This document shows positions 12,681 to 26,336 of a stretch of DNA of 64,000 nucleotides, piece by piece (the first letter of the stretch is position 1; each line of letters starts with the position of its first letter). Under the pieces are notes generated by a model. That model saw nothing but the letters and a program-made list of their open reading frames with translations. It was not told the DNA's origin and did no database searches. The DNA comes from Sphyrna mokarran (taxonomy: Eukaryota), in the NCBI GenBank assembly GCA_024679065.1, contig JAGIQG010000011.1, positions 41,540,001-41,604,000 on the forward strand, read 5' to 3'. A program made the translations under genes and the position numbers.

Positions 12681-15600
12681 CAATGTAGAAATTACCATAG
12701 ATCAGTTTTGGTCATTAAGATCCATCCTTTGGAACTCGAAGGTAATACCGTCGAAATTAGCCTATCGCCTTCCAGGCGGTGCTAGGTAGCCGCGCTCCCT
12801 TCCCAGTGCCAATGATTTGCCCTCTGACTAAGTATAAAGCAAACACAGTAACAAATAATTTAATTGACATACCGCACTCTGTCACAGATACCTTTCTATA
12901 TTTGGAAACTCCAAAAACATCGGCGCTGTTTCATTAACTGTTGAGGTCGTGTCCATAATATAAAACTATATTCTACCAAATAGGCAGAATTCTTACTATC
13001 TTAAAATATAAAACTTTATTTTTCTACATGCGCTAATACGAGTAACAAGGGGGAGCTCCAAGTCATTTCGTGGTGGGTGAACCGAATCACAAGATCCTGC
13101 CTAAACTCTACTTCAAGGTCGGATTGACGTGTTAACAGAGTTTTATTATAAATCTCAGAGTAAGGAAATTAGATGGAATATGTCTATTCAAGGACGATAA
13201 CGACATTATTCACTTTTATTTCGAAGCTGGTGGCTTACAACCTTTCGATTCGATTTCTAAGTTCGGATTTGACATATGCCATAGCCAAGAATGTATACAT
13301 GATTAAAGCCATTCCCTACCGCTGAGCCTCATTATGTTACCGCCAAAAAAGATGTACTTCATTAATTGTCTAGATATTATTGTTTACATTACGCAAATTA
13401 ACCATCCAATGATCGCGCGAGTTTAACACTATCTTCGACATAAATCGTAAATATGCAAATTAAACAAGGTTTGGAGTTGGGTTCCTCTAGAACTGCATCG
13501 CTATTTTGACATTAACGTTAAAATATGGTTGCACTGCAATATTTAAATAATGACCATAATATCAGGCTTGCTCGAGGCGTACATTTCTCTTTGCAATTTC
13601 AAAAGTTAATATCCATGATTTGCATAAATTGGAAACGACATGTGGAGACTCTGTTGGGCAACTGGAGTGAGTTCAGAAATCTGAGAATACAAACGAGTGC
13701 ATCGCCGAGTTATTCCGTAATCTCTCCCATCGGCAGAAGCCAATATGTGGAGTCTAATTAAATATCTGCAGGAAAGCGAAATTCTTGTTTGAATAGCTTT
13801 CGAATCTGCAAATATGGATCATCTTCGATCTTTTTAAGCGGAGGCCAATCAAGTATAAGATATATAAGCTGATAACTTCCATGTAACAGCTTGGAGGGTG
13901 TGGGAGGAGGCAGCTCCACGGAGAAAAGAAATCATATTTAATTATGGAAGGAAATCTACTCATGTTGCAATTTGCGCTTATGCACTCATTAAATATTGCA
14001 TGTCATTATCTCGTTTTCCATTTATCCCTCAAGACCGAGCAGGAGGTAGCGCTCTGATCAATATTTGTTTACTTTGGTCGGATTGCAATAGACAAATAAT
14101 ATTGTCCGTATATTTCAATTAGCCAAAGATTATGTGTAATTAATTCGAGCAACCTGAGGATAGTCCCATTTCTCCGAAATGAAACATAATAAAATGTAAA
14201 TGCCATTGATTCCATAAGTAATAATTGTTCGGTTGTAAAGTAAGTTTCCTAAAAATGGATTTAAATTAAAGGTTTGAATCACACCAGTGTGTTAAGTTTC
14301 GATTTGTTCATTCCATTCTCGTCAAACTTGCACAGGCACTTCTAAAATGTAACATCCGACTGTTGTTCGTATAAAGTGTGTGACCTGGTATCGTTTTAAT
14401 TAATAGGAACTAAAACGCAGTATTGTCTTTGTGTATTTATTGTAAAATAATAAAGATAATTAACCTCAAATTAAATCAAAATTTGAAATTTCCTAACGCA
14501 GCACGGCTGACTGATCTAGTATGTCGACCGTGATCACCGATACAGCAGAATGAGCCACATTGAAATGTAAATAGCATGTTGAGCATTGCCCCGGCACAAT
14601 CGTTTGAAATAAGGAACCTCTCACTTATAAATATTGATTCATTTTTAATTTTCTTCCTTTGGAATGTAATGCATCCTTTATGTAGTTAATAAAAGCATCA
14701 TCGTTGCGTATTCTATTAATAGATTACGGAACTCGCTTAAGCATGTCCTGGATATAATATGGCTTTCCTTTCTGCGTATAATGGTTTTAAGGCTCAAACG
14801 TACTGGCCATGGGCTCGATGTCATTTCCAAGCAATTTCCAAGCATCAACCGTTATGAAGATACGCACTAATTCAGTCACATAGCATTAGTCCTTGTGTTA
14901 GAAGACCCAGTTCAATACTATGGCAATGGCTGTGAATGGAAAGGGAATTAAAAGTGCCCTTTGTTCTCATCTCGTGTTCAGATGACCAATTCGGCCCGTA
15001 TTGAATGTTAAATGCGGACAAATACCTAACAACTTGTTTAACATCGACGGGGGGAGGGGGAGGGAAGCAAAGGCGGTTCTGGTATACCAAGTAAAGAGTT
15101 TTATAGGATATAAGTTAGGATCATTATTCTCTTACACGCATGGAGCAAAAAGGCGACGCACAGAGAAAGTTTGTCTGGCGTATTTCTTTCTTACTCAATT
15201 CTTCAAATCGACGATTTGTTCTTTCACGTTGCCGTCCTCGGCAAAATATTAGCGTCTTCGTCGCTTTTTTTTTGAATAGAGCGCGGCGTTAAGTATTTCG
15301 AATGTGGAAAAAAAAAGCCCTCATTAGTCAAGCGAAGTCCACGATCAGTAGGTATGTTAGACTTGTGCAATGCAAAAAGAGACACTAACTTGACCTTAAC
15401 TTTGTTATGGCGCCCCCAGTATCTGGAGAACATGTACAGACACTGTCTGGCAGCTCGACCCATAAAAGTGAGATGAAAAAGAGATTCCGAGCCATTTCGA
15501 CCTAATGTCGGACAAATTTCCAAAGCTCTGGATTATACTGCGGCAAATATGATAACCTTGATACATTTTGGTGCTGGAGTAATTTACTGTACACAATTAT

Positions 15601-18600
15601 CGCACAAATTATTGGAAATTACACTCTGGGACGATGTAAGCACAGTTATTTCCACTTGCGGTGTAATGATTGAAAGGGGCGGGTTGTGGGTGGCGGTCAG
15701 AAATTCAGCACCAACCTCAGGTCTCATCATCCCCCCCAAACGCAGCAGTTGGAAAAACAGAGCTTTAGCCATTTCCCTCCGTTTCGAATTCAATTTGAAA
15801 GTCAATTTACAATGCCGGAATGCTGGGCTCTCTGTCTATTTTTAATTAATGCTTGGACTAGAAATGTAATCACGCTGTTAGCGCTAACATTTTTAACATT
15901 AGCGAATGCATGGCCTCATAGATTTTAAAATAAAGCTCACATGTTGATGAATGTGCATTAAAATGTTTAGGACCTTTTAGAGACACGTTCGACCAATTCC
16001 GACGAATTGGAGGCGGTAAGCGGGGTCGCATTATTTTCTAATCTGACTCTTATGGGGGTCTTTTTGGTGTTTGTTAGAAGCTCCCTCACTACCACCCATC
16101 CATACTGCTGACCGACGTGGCGTTTTTATTAGTTCACAGTGCTTCTAAGACAAGCTCACGAAATTCAATCGGTTCCAAGTGTACACTCATCCCAATTCTA
16201 CCCGACTTTTTAAAATTTAGGCAATGTAAATTACTTTATGTAACCCTTTTCATTGTATTTATAAATATGTGCAATTTCATGCCAAAAGTTTGTATTCCTA
16301 GTAATAGATTTTGATGAAACCTTTAATCATTTAAATACATGTTTTACCTCTGGTGATAGTGGAGGAACCTTCATTTCAGATTAATGTAGTTTAAGTGTTC
16401 TTTCCCATAGCACCTGTCTTTTTGAAATGCAAAGTGGCATCCACAATAATAGCAACCTTTCTATTCATTTCCATCACCCAGACATTGCAGTACTGCGCTG
16501 TAACATCTGGGCTGTAGGCATCTACATTAATTTCTTGGAGCTGTTACAATCACGGGGACCAAGGATATGAAAAGTCACTTTGACACCCGCAAATTATTAA
16601 ATGCCAACCCAGCATCAAATTAATGGCATCGAAATAATTTAAAATGGGTGTACACATTGTTTGCATCGAAAGTCGTATTTCTATATCTCGCCTGAAAACA
16701 AATTCTCCGAATTTCATAGGCCTAATTGTCGATGCACACTTTAAAAGAAATCTGGACATAGTTAAGGCCTGTTGCCAAAGCAGGTACTGCCTAGAAAATG
16801 CCCAGAATTAAATATCTAATTACCTTTAATCACAGAGAACTTTCATTTGCGTTGATGTATTTTATTAAAGCTCCTTTAAAGGTTCATGAAATCGCACAGT
16901 GCATGTTTAATTAAAGTCCAGACAAATGGCGGGGTTAGAAGTAATGGCTGCTTCTGCCCACCCACGTCCTGATTTGCGAGAATGAGAAGCGAAGTGACTG
17001 CAACTCATTCATTCTCGTTTATATTTTTTGCTAACTGCCCAGACTCAAGTACAAAGATTACCTCCACCAAACCCCCACTTTAATAAACATGACTTATTCG
17101 CATCGAAATGGAACTTTTCATTTTTAAATGAGGTAGAAATCCGCTATACTTGTGACCGTCAAATCGAAAAGAATGAAGGAAGCTGGCACTGCCATAAAAA
17201 GAAAGTGCAACAATAATTATCAAAAGAGGTTGATAGCACTTGACTCCACTCTTAAAAAAAGCAAACATTATTTCCAAACTTCTAAACTATTCCAAGAAAA
17301 ATGTCCCAGCGGCGAATTGAATGGTCGCCAACCCGAATGGAACGAATGAATAAAAGTCGCATTCTCGTTTCAAATGAAAGAAATACGTGGCGCCGTGCGT
17401 CCGGGTCAAACCATATTCAATTTACAGCAAAAGGTTCAATTATTCCATTTTATTTTGTTTTGTAAGTTTGCCTTTTTCGTACAGAAACTTCCTGTCTCTG
17501 ATTATTAAGAATGGGAGTTATTGTAAACTAATAATAACATCTGAGAAAGGAACATTATTATGGTTCGATGGAAATAGGGGCGCGCTGTAAATGAAAAGCA
17601 GCAATTTTCAAACTAGCGAGTTAAACGGGTTGTTACAGAATCAAATTCCAGCTGAATACATATACATGTGCACTGGATGTATTTTTATATTGTACGCTTT
17701 CTATTGGTGTCCCGCTCTTGCGTTACGATTGGGGTATGAAAACACAATTGAAGATAACTGTTTGTCACAATGCATCTGGATGCAACCTCCTTAAATATTG
17801 CTGTTCTTTCTGATCCGAATTTTTAGAAGCCCCAGATTTTGTACAATTTAAGTTCAAGTAGATCAGCAAGCACTGAAAGTCTACAGACCTCCCTATCGGA
17901 AATTGATGGGCGAAAATTGTTTAGCGCGTATGCACAGTGAGCAGGCAATATTGTTCCAGCAATAATACAATCATGTGAAGGCGATTAACTCCGAAACTCT
18001 GTAATCAGTCTATTTAGCAAGTCAAAATTTACCATCCTCTAACCTATGCATCAGGTGGATATTATGCGTTCCCAATTAATCGCTATTGTACAATTATTGA
18101 AACTTATTCTGAAATCAGACGTTGACTTACTGTTACTGGAGTGGAAACGACTGCAATAAATCATTTGTGGAAAAAATTGCGAGGCGTGCTTCTTTATTTT
18201 TATTTAGCTCAATATGGGCCTTTAAAGGGTCCCAGAAAAGTACAATTCCATAACAATGCATCACCCCTCTGTTTATTATTTTGAACTTCTGGCACCGTTG
18301 TTTATTTATTTTGTTCTATGTGTTGCATTCAATTTTTGCAGAGCAACTCTGAATTCGGAAGCCGAAGTTCTTGCTGCTTTGAAAACACTAACTATACTGG
18401 GCAGTCACAGAACGTCAATAATATCAACACCTTCCCATTCACATAGACCACGAACACCTATTGTGGACCCGAATTGTTAGCGAAAAACAAATGCAATAGC
18501 CCGAATGGATATGCATCTTTATCAAATTTCCGCACACCCCTGTATTAATCAATTGTCCCGCCTCCGGCTTCACAACACGTTTACAAAACATAATTTGTAC

Positions 18601-19194
18601 ATACAAATGAAAAATTCCTTCGTCCTTCATTTTATTAGAACTCAATTTACATAGGTAGAGTGCATGCATAATATTTATATATTTAAGATTTAAATTCGAA
18701 TGTTCCATTCTAATTACCTGTTGTACTTACATTCTCAAAATGCAGAATATCTGCTTGTTACTCTTCTGGACAGTCATGTGGCAATTTTTTTTTAAAAAAA
18801 TGAGGAAACAAAATCATTACAAATGTCTTTGAAACTAATACATGATGATGAGAAGACGCCGGCACGTTATTCACGGACAGCAAAGTACAGGCCACAACAA
18901 GTCAAATTTGTGCCTAGCGATCAGTGTCCTGCTATAGCAAATGTTCACGAGGTATCCGTAGTTTGCATCTCAGTCCCTGTATGTTGCTGATGTTTAACTA
19001 AGCCAACACGCCATGGACTAGTGGCAGTGGCGATGTAATGTTAGATTGCTGTTTTATATGACAGCACATCAAAGGAGCACCTATCCATTAAAACAATGGA
19101 TATTCTTGATCTACATGCTTTCTGCAAGCAAGCATAATTACCATAAAAAGTTCAATTCACGACCTTGAAACTCACATTTGAACTTTACTTTGGC

Positions 19195-20791
19195 CTAAAA
19201 AAGTGAGAGTGTTTGTTCGCGCATTACAAGCCTTTTCTTTTTCATGCGTCGGTTTTGAAACCAGATTTTGACTTGTTGGTCGCTCAGATTCAGTCTATCG
19301 GACAACTCTTTCCTCTTCTGTCGGTTGATAAACTCGTTGGCGAGAAATTCATTCTCAAGTTCAGCTATTTGCTGCTTGGTGTACGGCTTGCGCTTCCTTC
19401 TTGACCTCACTTGGGTTGGACACCAGGGCAGACCTGCTGATAGGGATAGAGAAGAAAAAAAGGCTGAAGCAATCGAAACATTTCACCACCCACCACCCTC
19501 CCTCCCCTCCACACACACCCCTTCACCCCCCAATTCTAGAATAATTGACATTTTCAGCACTGTTTGTTCTTCCAGACAGTAGCATTTTTAACGTTGTTGG
19601 ATTTATATTGTTGCGGTTTTTTGAAATGATGTTGAAACTTCAATCAAAAGATATAGCATTCTCTATTTGTGGCACTTGGTCTTGATGATTTAGAAAAAAA
19701 ACATCACTAGTAAATTATTATTTTGTCTATCAAGCTGGTCAAATGACACAAATGCATTATTTCAATATTCAAGTATCTTAATATTCTATAGTTACTGCAG
19801 CAGAAACTCGCCAATTCTAACAAAGGAATCATCCTGAAAAATTGGCTTCATAATAAAATGGCGACAAATTCAGTAAAGATTTCTTCACCATTTAAATAAA
19901 TGTTAGTTAGAACCCAAACTGCAATGTTCAACCTTGTAATTTTAATTCAATTTCAAATATTTTGACCTATCATTCATGTGCCGCTGCCAAGCCTTCTGTT
20001 TCATTGTGTTTATTATCACGTCCTAATCATTTTTTGTTTGTAATTGCGAGAATCACTTCCCCGCTTTTTCTGAATACCGCAAGGTTTTCAGGTTCGTTGT
20101 TTAATATTCAGTCCATGAAATTCAGGTAAGGGTGACAGGTAGTACTTTTGGGAAGTCGGGATACTGCAGTTTTCAGAGGAGGATCGTTTGAATATTGCAC
20201 TGATACTATACCGTCGGAGGATCTGTTGCACACTGGCGTTACTGGTGACTGTAATGACACACTGAGGCTCACACTTTGCTTGATGCCATCATTTACAGTG
20301 GGAGAGTTGGAATTCAATTCAAAGCCTTGGTTATGTAATGACGAGCCATGCAGAGATGTTTCCACATTTGGGTATTCGTACTTGGCAGGATTGATGTTGA
20401 CTGAAGAGGGGATGCTGCTATCACTGGGATAAGACTGATTGTGTCTGCATCTCTCCTCCAGTTTCCGGCTGCTGTCTTGGAAGTAGTATTTGTTAGGCTC
20501 TTCGCCGGCCGCTGTCTTGTCTGATCCATGCTTATTGATGCTGATGGAGACTGAGTTGTTGAGGTAGGATTGAGAGTAGCCGCTAAAGGCGCGGCTCTGC
20601 GGCGGCGATGCGCATGGACTCGAAGTCCACGGGAGCGAGCACACCTCCCTGCGGGTGTAGGAGAGTGCTGGCGACAGAGTTGCCAGTTGAGTCCCATTCG
20701 GACGCAGGTTGGCGAAATAGAATGGCTCCGGACTGGTAAAATTTAACAGGGAGCCGACATAGCCTGAATTTAGCAGATTGTGATCGCACAT
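19195..20791 (-). CDS. hoxd12: Homeobox protein Hox-D12, 2 exons: complement(join(19195..19433,20212..20791)), 272 aa
   Basis: N-terminus [33 protein letters not shown] (group 12). Donor GACG|GTATAG at 20212/20211 and acceptor TATCAGCAG|GTCTG at 19434/19433 give [69 protein letters not shown]. Confidence 0.96.
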
Positions 20792-20859
20792 TTCCGAGGA
20801 ACGCGATCAGACCCTCTCTGTCCCCTATTTAGCTTCCAGACAGAGATAAACGAAAGACG

Positions 20860-20892
20860 CTCGCTGATTGGCTCCTTAGTGGTCACAAGACA
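20860..20892 (-). promoter_or_regulatory. HoxD12 proximal promoter, NF-Y CCAAT box
   Basis: Minus-strand AGCCAATCAGC (plus GCTGATTGGCT, 20863-20873), about 75 nt upstream of the ATG. Confidence 0.5.
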
Positions 20893-22502
20893 AGCGGAAA
20901 CAGCTTTTTTTTCTGGAACCGCCTCCATCCCACTTCAACTCACATCTGAAATGCCCAAGTACACGTCCGTGTGCACCTTCATCACACTCAATGCCTCTTT
21001 AGTCCGACGCAAACTCGCTGAAGTCAACAGGATGCATGCACAATTCAGAAAAACATCTTCCAATTTAATAAATTGGATACGCTGATTAAACAGATCTCTG
21101 AGTATTTCACATGCCCTAAACGGATTAACGCTTTATTGACCCCATGACTTTTTAAAAATAAGTAAGCTTTGAATATCCGAAATGCTCAAACGTTCTCGTG
21201 AATCTATCAAATCAATATCAGTAATTCCTGTAAATTTCATAGCTAAAATTGGTAGTATGGTTTATCCGATCGTGCATTATTTTAACTGGTATCATCCATC
21301 TGCGTGGAATAAAAATAAAGCGTTCATTTAAAATACCACAGATGTTTTATATTTTAACCCGTTATTTTTAGCTATTTATTAATGGGTAGGTAATATCAAT
21401 CGCTGTGCGAAGGTCATCTGTGTTTAAACAAGCCATGTTTTTATCGTCTGAGTTTGATTATTTTTGTTTAAAATAAACAACGAATATGACGGTAAGCAAT
21501 GACAATGTTTCAAAACTAAACACATGAACATTAGTGTGAATTATCTATAGGTTTTAGAAAATGTATTCTGCGCCTAACTAGTTAAGGTATATTTTACCAT
21601 TCGAATAATCAACTAACGCACCAAATATAGCGCGATTAAACTCATTCGACTTTTCCAAGTGAACAAAGCTCCACATCAGCATAGCGTCCAATGTGATATA
21701 AACAATGGGCATCTTTCTTAATTCTCGCCGTTGAATTCAATTACCTAAGACAGTTTTGATTTTTAGAAAAATAGCATGTTGATTATATTAAAATGTGCAT
21801 TCATTTATTAGGCGGAAAGGAAAATGGGCCGGTTCTTGGTGCGGCCACAATTGAGTTGAGTAATATTGCACAGTCCTTTTGTGTTTGACAATGTGCGGCT
21901 TCAAGTAAAAATGTTGAAGTTAAATTCTGCTGTGAGTCTGTGTTTACAATACTCGCGTTTCGATAATATCCAGTAAATTGGCGGTGGCCTCCCTTAACAT
22001 TAGACTGCAACATTTTATATTTCCCAAGAACGCTGCCCGTTATGCGAGGACGGCGAAGTCTCATTTTATCCTTAGAAAATTAAAACGTTGATCTCAGATT
22101 GTGGAGTAAATGCCAACATTTGCAACGTTAGTGTCCAAGCCAAAATAACGCACTTCTCTTTTGCATCGGCTCCTCTTTTCGAATTATTAGAAACTTATTT
22201 TAGGCCGATTTCTTTTCTTAATGCATCACATTTCTCAACAATGAAAACATTAAGGCGGCTGGTACTGATTTAACAATTTAACAATAACAATAATATCAAA
22301 ATATATCGATAGCAGACTAAATTAAATAAAGAAATAAATATATTGCGTCTACCTTGTTGAACTATGTAACTAATTCTGGGGACAAATATGACTTTAGATA
22401 ATTCAATCTGAGACGCCGTTCCTAAGATAACAAAACAATTTTATTTATAACATTGTATCAACTACAGAAATGTAATATTTTAAATATTTTTATTTCCACG
22501 AC

Positions 22503-22529
22503 TAACTTACAGACTTGGTCTGTAAGTTA
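22503..22529. repeat. Perfect 12-bp inverted repeat with a 3-nt loop
   Basis: TAACTTACAGAC-TTG-GTCTGTAAGTTA, read directly. Confidence 0.85.
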
Positions 22530-23598
22530 AGAATTGACTTTTTTCTGCTAATGTATGTATTTATCTAATTACAATTTGACACGAATTGACCCTTTCTGTT
22601 AAAATCATGTGCTTTAAAATCAAAGCAACACCGCCACCACATCCTCACCGGAAAGGAAAACCACCGGTCGATCTTTGTCCCTTTTATGATCTCACAATGC
22701 CCTAAAAATGCCGAACCAGTTTCTTTAGTAAAACTTCAAAATCCAAGCGTAATTGCGAACAAGGGGCGCTGAACAGAAGGCGCGTCTACACCTAACATTT
22801 ATTGCAAAAAAAAACCCCTCGGAATAACTCCAGAAAAATGAAACTCCTCAGTTCAAGGTCAATGTCGAATGGGGATCAAATCGCCATGTTTTTTCAAAGA
22901 TATGTTGTTAAACTTCGTTTTAGTGCAAAATGTGCTTTCAAATGAAAAATCACCTCAGGTAGGAACTGAGCACCCTACCAAGAAAAAAATGAGGTTTTCA
23001 TTAAAATTATTGTAACCAAGGAAGCGAATGGGGAGAAGAATCCACACTTTCCAGCTATCAGGACAAACACTGCTTTATTGTTCGTGATGTTTTCTCAAAG
23101 CTCTCATTCCAAAACCATCGTCATTTCAATACAGTTTGTGAGTATCTGTGGTAACTGAGATAAGAACATGCTGAAGAAAACACAATCGTACAATTTCTGT
23201 GTTATGTCTTTCACAGAAACTAGGAGCAAGGCTAATTCACCTACATTCTTTTGTTTACAATATAACATCAACGCCGGGCTGGTGCTTTGTCATCCAGGAT
23301 GTGAACGCCAAACTGGCTAACATGTAAAAAATACAACTTGTTGCACAAGCTCGGGAACGTACACTAAATTTAATGGATGCAAAATGTTAAACCCCAGATA
23401 ATTAACAAAATTGAACACCCGGTATTTGCAAACTTTACGTAGCTGGAGTTGAAATACTTACTTTCAGCGCGCTTTTCTTGAAAAACACGCAATGCTGCTA
23501 TCTAAGTCGCTAATGCAGCCTTTCAATTAAGATCTTGAAAGAAACAAATGTTGGCCTAATTAGTACTTCTGACACTGGTTTGCAGCGTAAAGTACGAA

Positions 23599-23789
23599 CG
23601 ACCATCTTGTGGCCCGCGTTTCAGTGGCACTAACGATTATGTTGCATCGTGTTTTACGGCGGATTGTCCAGTAGATGGCGAACTGGCTCTGCGATCAGGG
23701 TAGTCCTTATTATTCATGATGCTAAATAAAGTCAAGGTCAAAGACCATAACGATAGTCAAGGTCAATGGTAAATAGAAATTTGACGTCA
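23599..23789. promoter_or_regulatory. Dense cis-regulatory module between HoxD12 and HoxD13 (2 CTCF-like motifs, 2 TCAAGGTCA, 1 CRE)
   Basis: Minus GGGCCACAAGATGGTCG (23599-23615); plus TGTCCAGTAGATGGCGA (23665-23681); TCAAGGTCA at 23732-23740 and 23757-23765; TGACGTCA at 23782-23789. Confidence 0.6.
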
Positions 23790-26336
23790 GATCGCTGAAC
23801 ATCCTTCAAAAAATGCATCTTGAAATCACGGAACTCCGCCAAATTCAAGGAGAGAAAATCAGGCAATCTGCACGCACATGTTTAATATGACAGAATGCGA
23901 AGTTTTATTCAACTTAATAAACCACGAGGCGTTTCAATTTCCTTCTGAGGTTGAGGAAGAGAACCTATCCCGATGCACAGGAATATGGTTAGAAAGTGTT
24001 AGCAGATGGTAAATATAGATGCCAGGGTCAGGAGAATTATCACCTACTAAGGTCACGCTCATATAAATGCCGCCAATCGCACTTAGCTTAATTCTAAACT
24101 TCATCACTTAATATTTCTATTTTAAACAGGGGGGCTGATGGCTCTCCTTACTTGCTTATCCCGACATCAATTTTCCTTCAAAAAGCTACATTCACTCTCT
24201 TACGAATATATTATTCACATCATCATGTTTTACTTTCATTTACATAGCGAGGCCGACAGGAATGATATAACCGGTGTTAAAACATCTGCGCCGATATTAC
24301 AAGACTGCTCACTAAATGATTCATTTTAAATTTAAGATTTAAAATAAGCATTAGTTCAATTAGTTACACGTTGGATTGCGCTTAAGAATCAAATAATATG
24401 TTTGAAATCACATTTTGCCGTAACGCTCTTCAAAGTTGTTAGCTTGGATAACTAACTGCCACACGGTTTATTTACCTAATAATCCTTCATGGGAAACCTT
24501 ACAAATTATTGGAACTGTTATGTGAAATGAGTACAACCCCCCTCTTGAATTAACCGCTACATAGGCAATGAACTAATGGCGTGCGATCGATGTAGTATTT
24601 TCTTTAGCCACCAGACTCTAGTGGCTAAGACCATATTTAAAATGGAACTCGCCACACAACTCATTTTCTGCTTTCAATTTGGTCCTAATCGTAAGTTGTT
24701 TCAAAGCGCAACAAGCAGGAAACAGCACATGTTTCAAATAGTTTAATTTTATATTTACAAGATGCGCAGCAAGTGAATACTGGGGAAAAAAGTCAACATA
24801 AGGTATCATTCTTATTATAAAGTGGCGGATTTCAACACACTCATGTTCAGCTCTTATGGTTTGTTAATACAGTAATCCCTATTTATGCTTAAGTCGTTTA
24901 GAAGTTTGTGTCCCCCAAGCCCCGCCAAAATGCCGCTGTACAATGTAACTTAGTGACTTATGAAGATGTGTAAATGCGAGAATGCGAATATTGCTGAATT
25001 TAATAGAAAATATGGCGATGTGGCAAAACCAAAAAAGTTGGATTCATTTACAGGAAAGATAAAACTTGAAGACAATCAAAGTGTGACTTGTTTTAATATT
25101 CTACACGGCATAATCAAAGAAAACCATGCGAGTTCATATTTAACTCATCTTGGGTAAAGAAAATGATGGACAGAATGAACAAATGCTTGCGTTAAAAATG
25201 TACATAAAACATAGAAATAACGCCGAACGTATCCGCTAATTTACTCGTATAGTTATCATGATTACAATAATGAAGTAATTTAACTATAGAGCGCAACAAG
25301 TTACTAATTAGAAAACAGCTGTAAAAGGCACCGCATTCAAAACGACCAAGGGGCTTTCAAATATATTAGCGTTTCTTTTGAAAATAACAGAGTTAAAGGG
25401 ACAAAAGATTCAAAATTCAGAAACATAGATTCTCATACTTTAACGCATAACTTTTAAGGACATTTTAGATTCGACCAGCATTTCACTTGAGACTGAATTT
25501 AAGTTTAATGGTTACATTTACTGAGGACAACATAGAACACTCTGCAGTGAAAAAAGGAAGGTCCTTTCAGTATCTAGGCTAAATAATTTATTATGAAAAT
25601 GATTGTAAATTCGCTGCCGATTAATATGATAGAACATCTTATGAGATTGTACCGCAGTTGATCCGTAACTATCCCACTTATATTTAATTTCTAACTGGCA
25701 CTGATTTAAAATGGTATTTTTGCAATATATTTTCAATCATTTACAAGAGAATGGATTTTGTTGCCAGTATATATGATTAGCATTTGAACCCATTCGCAAT
25801 GTAGCCATTGTACCTCTTGCAAAGTATGGCTGAAAACTTATATGTTAAATAAGGATGGCTTTGCATTAAGAAAGTTATAAATACGTTCCATTTAATGTCA
25901 ACGTTTGTGTTTAAACGTGTTATCAGTTGTAGTCGCCATTTTATCTGTATATTGCAAACCCTCCAGTAGCTCAACTGAACCCTCGAAACATTTACTTAAA
26001 ACTGATCGAAGCATTACTTTGCAGCAGTATTTGCAATGTCACTCGTGAAAATAATCCAGCACGGTAACATAATACAAGGGTGTGAACGTGGAGCTGTTCA
26101 CCTTTTCAAGATTGCCTTATTTCTTTGAAGGTGGTAAATGAAGTCAGATCAAGTATCTTTTTTTAAGCAAAGATTCGCACAAAACATTTTGTGGAAATTG
26201 TCAGTTTAAGATTTTTTTTGTAAATCCGAAGATGTGTCTTCAACGCCTCCCACATTCATTTGGTTCCCTTTGCTAACAGGAAAACCATCACATGTAATTT
26301 ACAATGGGCCAATACAGGCTACTGATATCTGCCGTA

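Noticed and set aside
20108-20211. C-terminal tails of the exon-1 ORFs (also 1961-1986, 26910-26923, 35809-35874, 36756-36811, 41991-42160)
   Set aside because: These are read-through into introns past clear GT donors; splicing restores the homeodomain frame.
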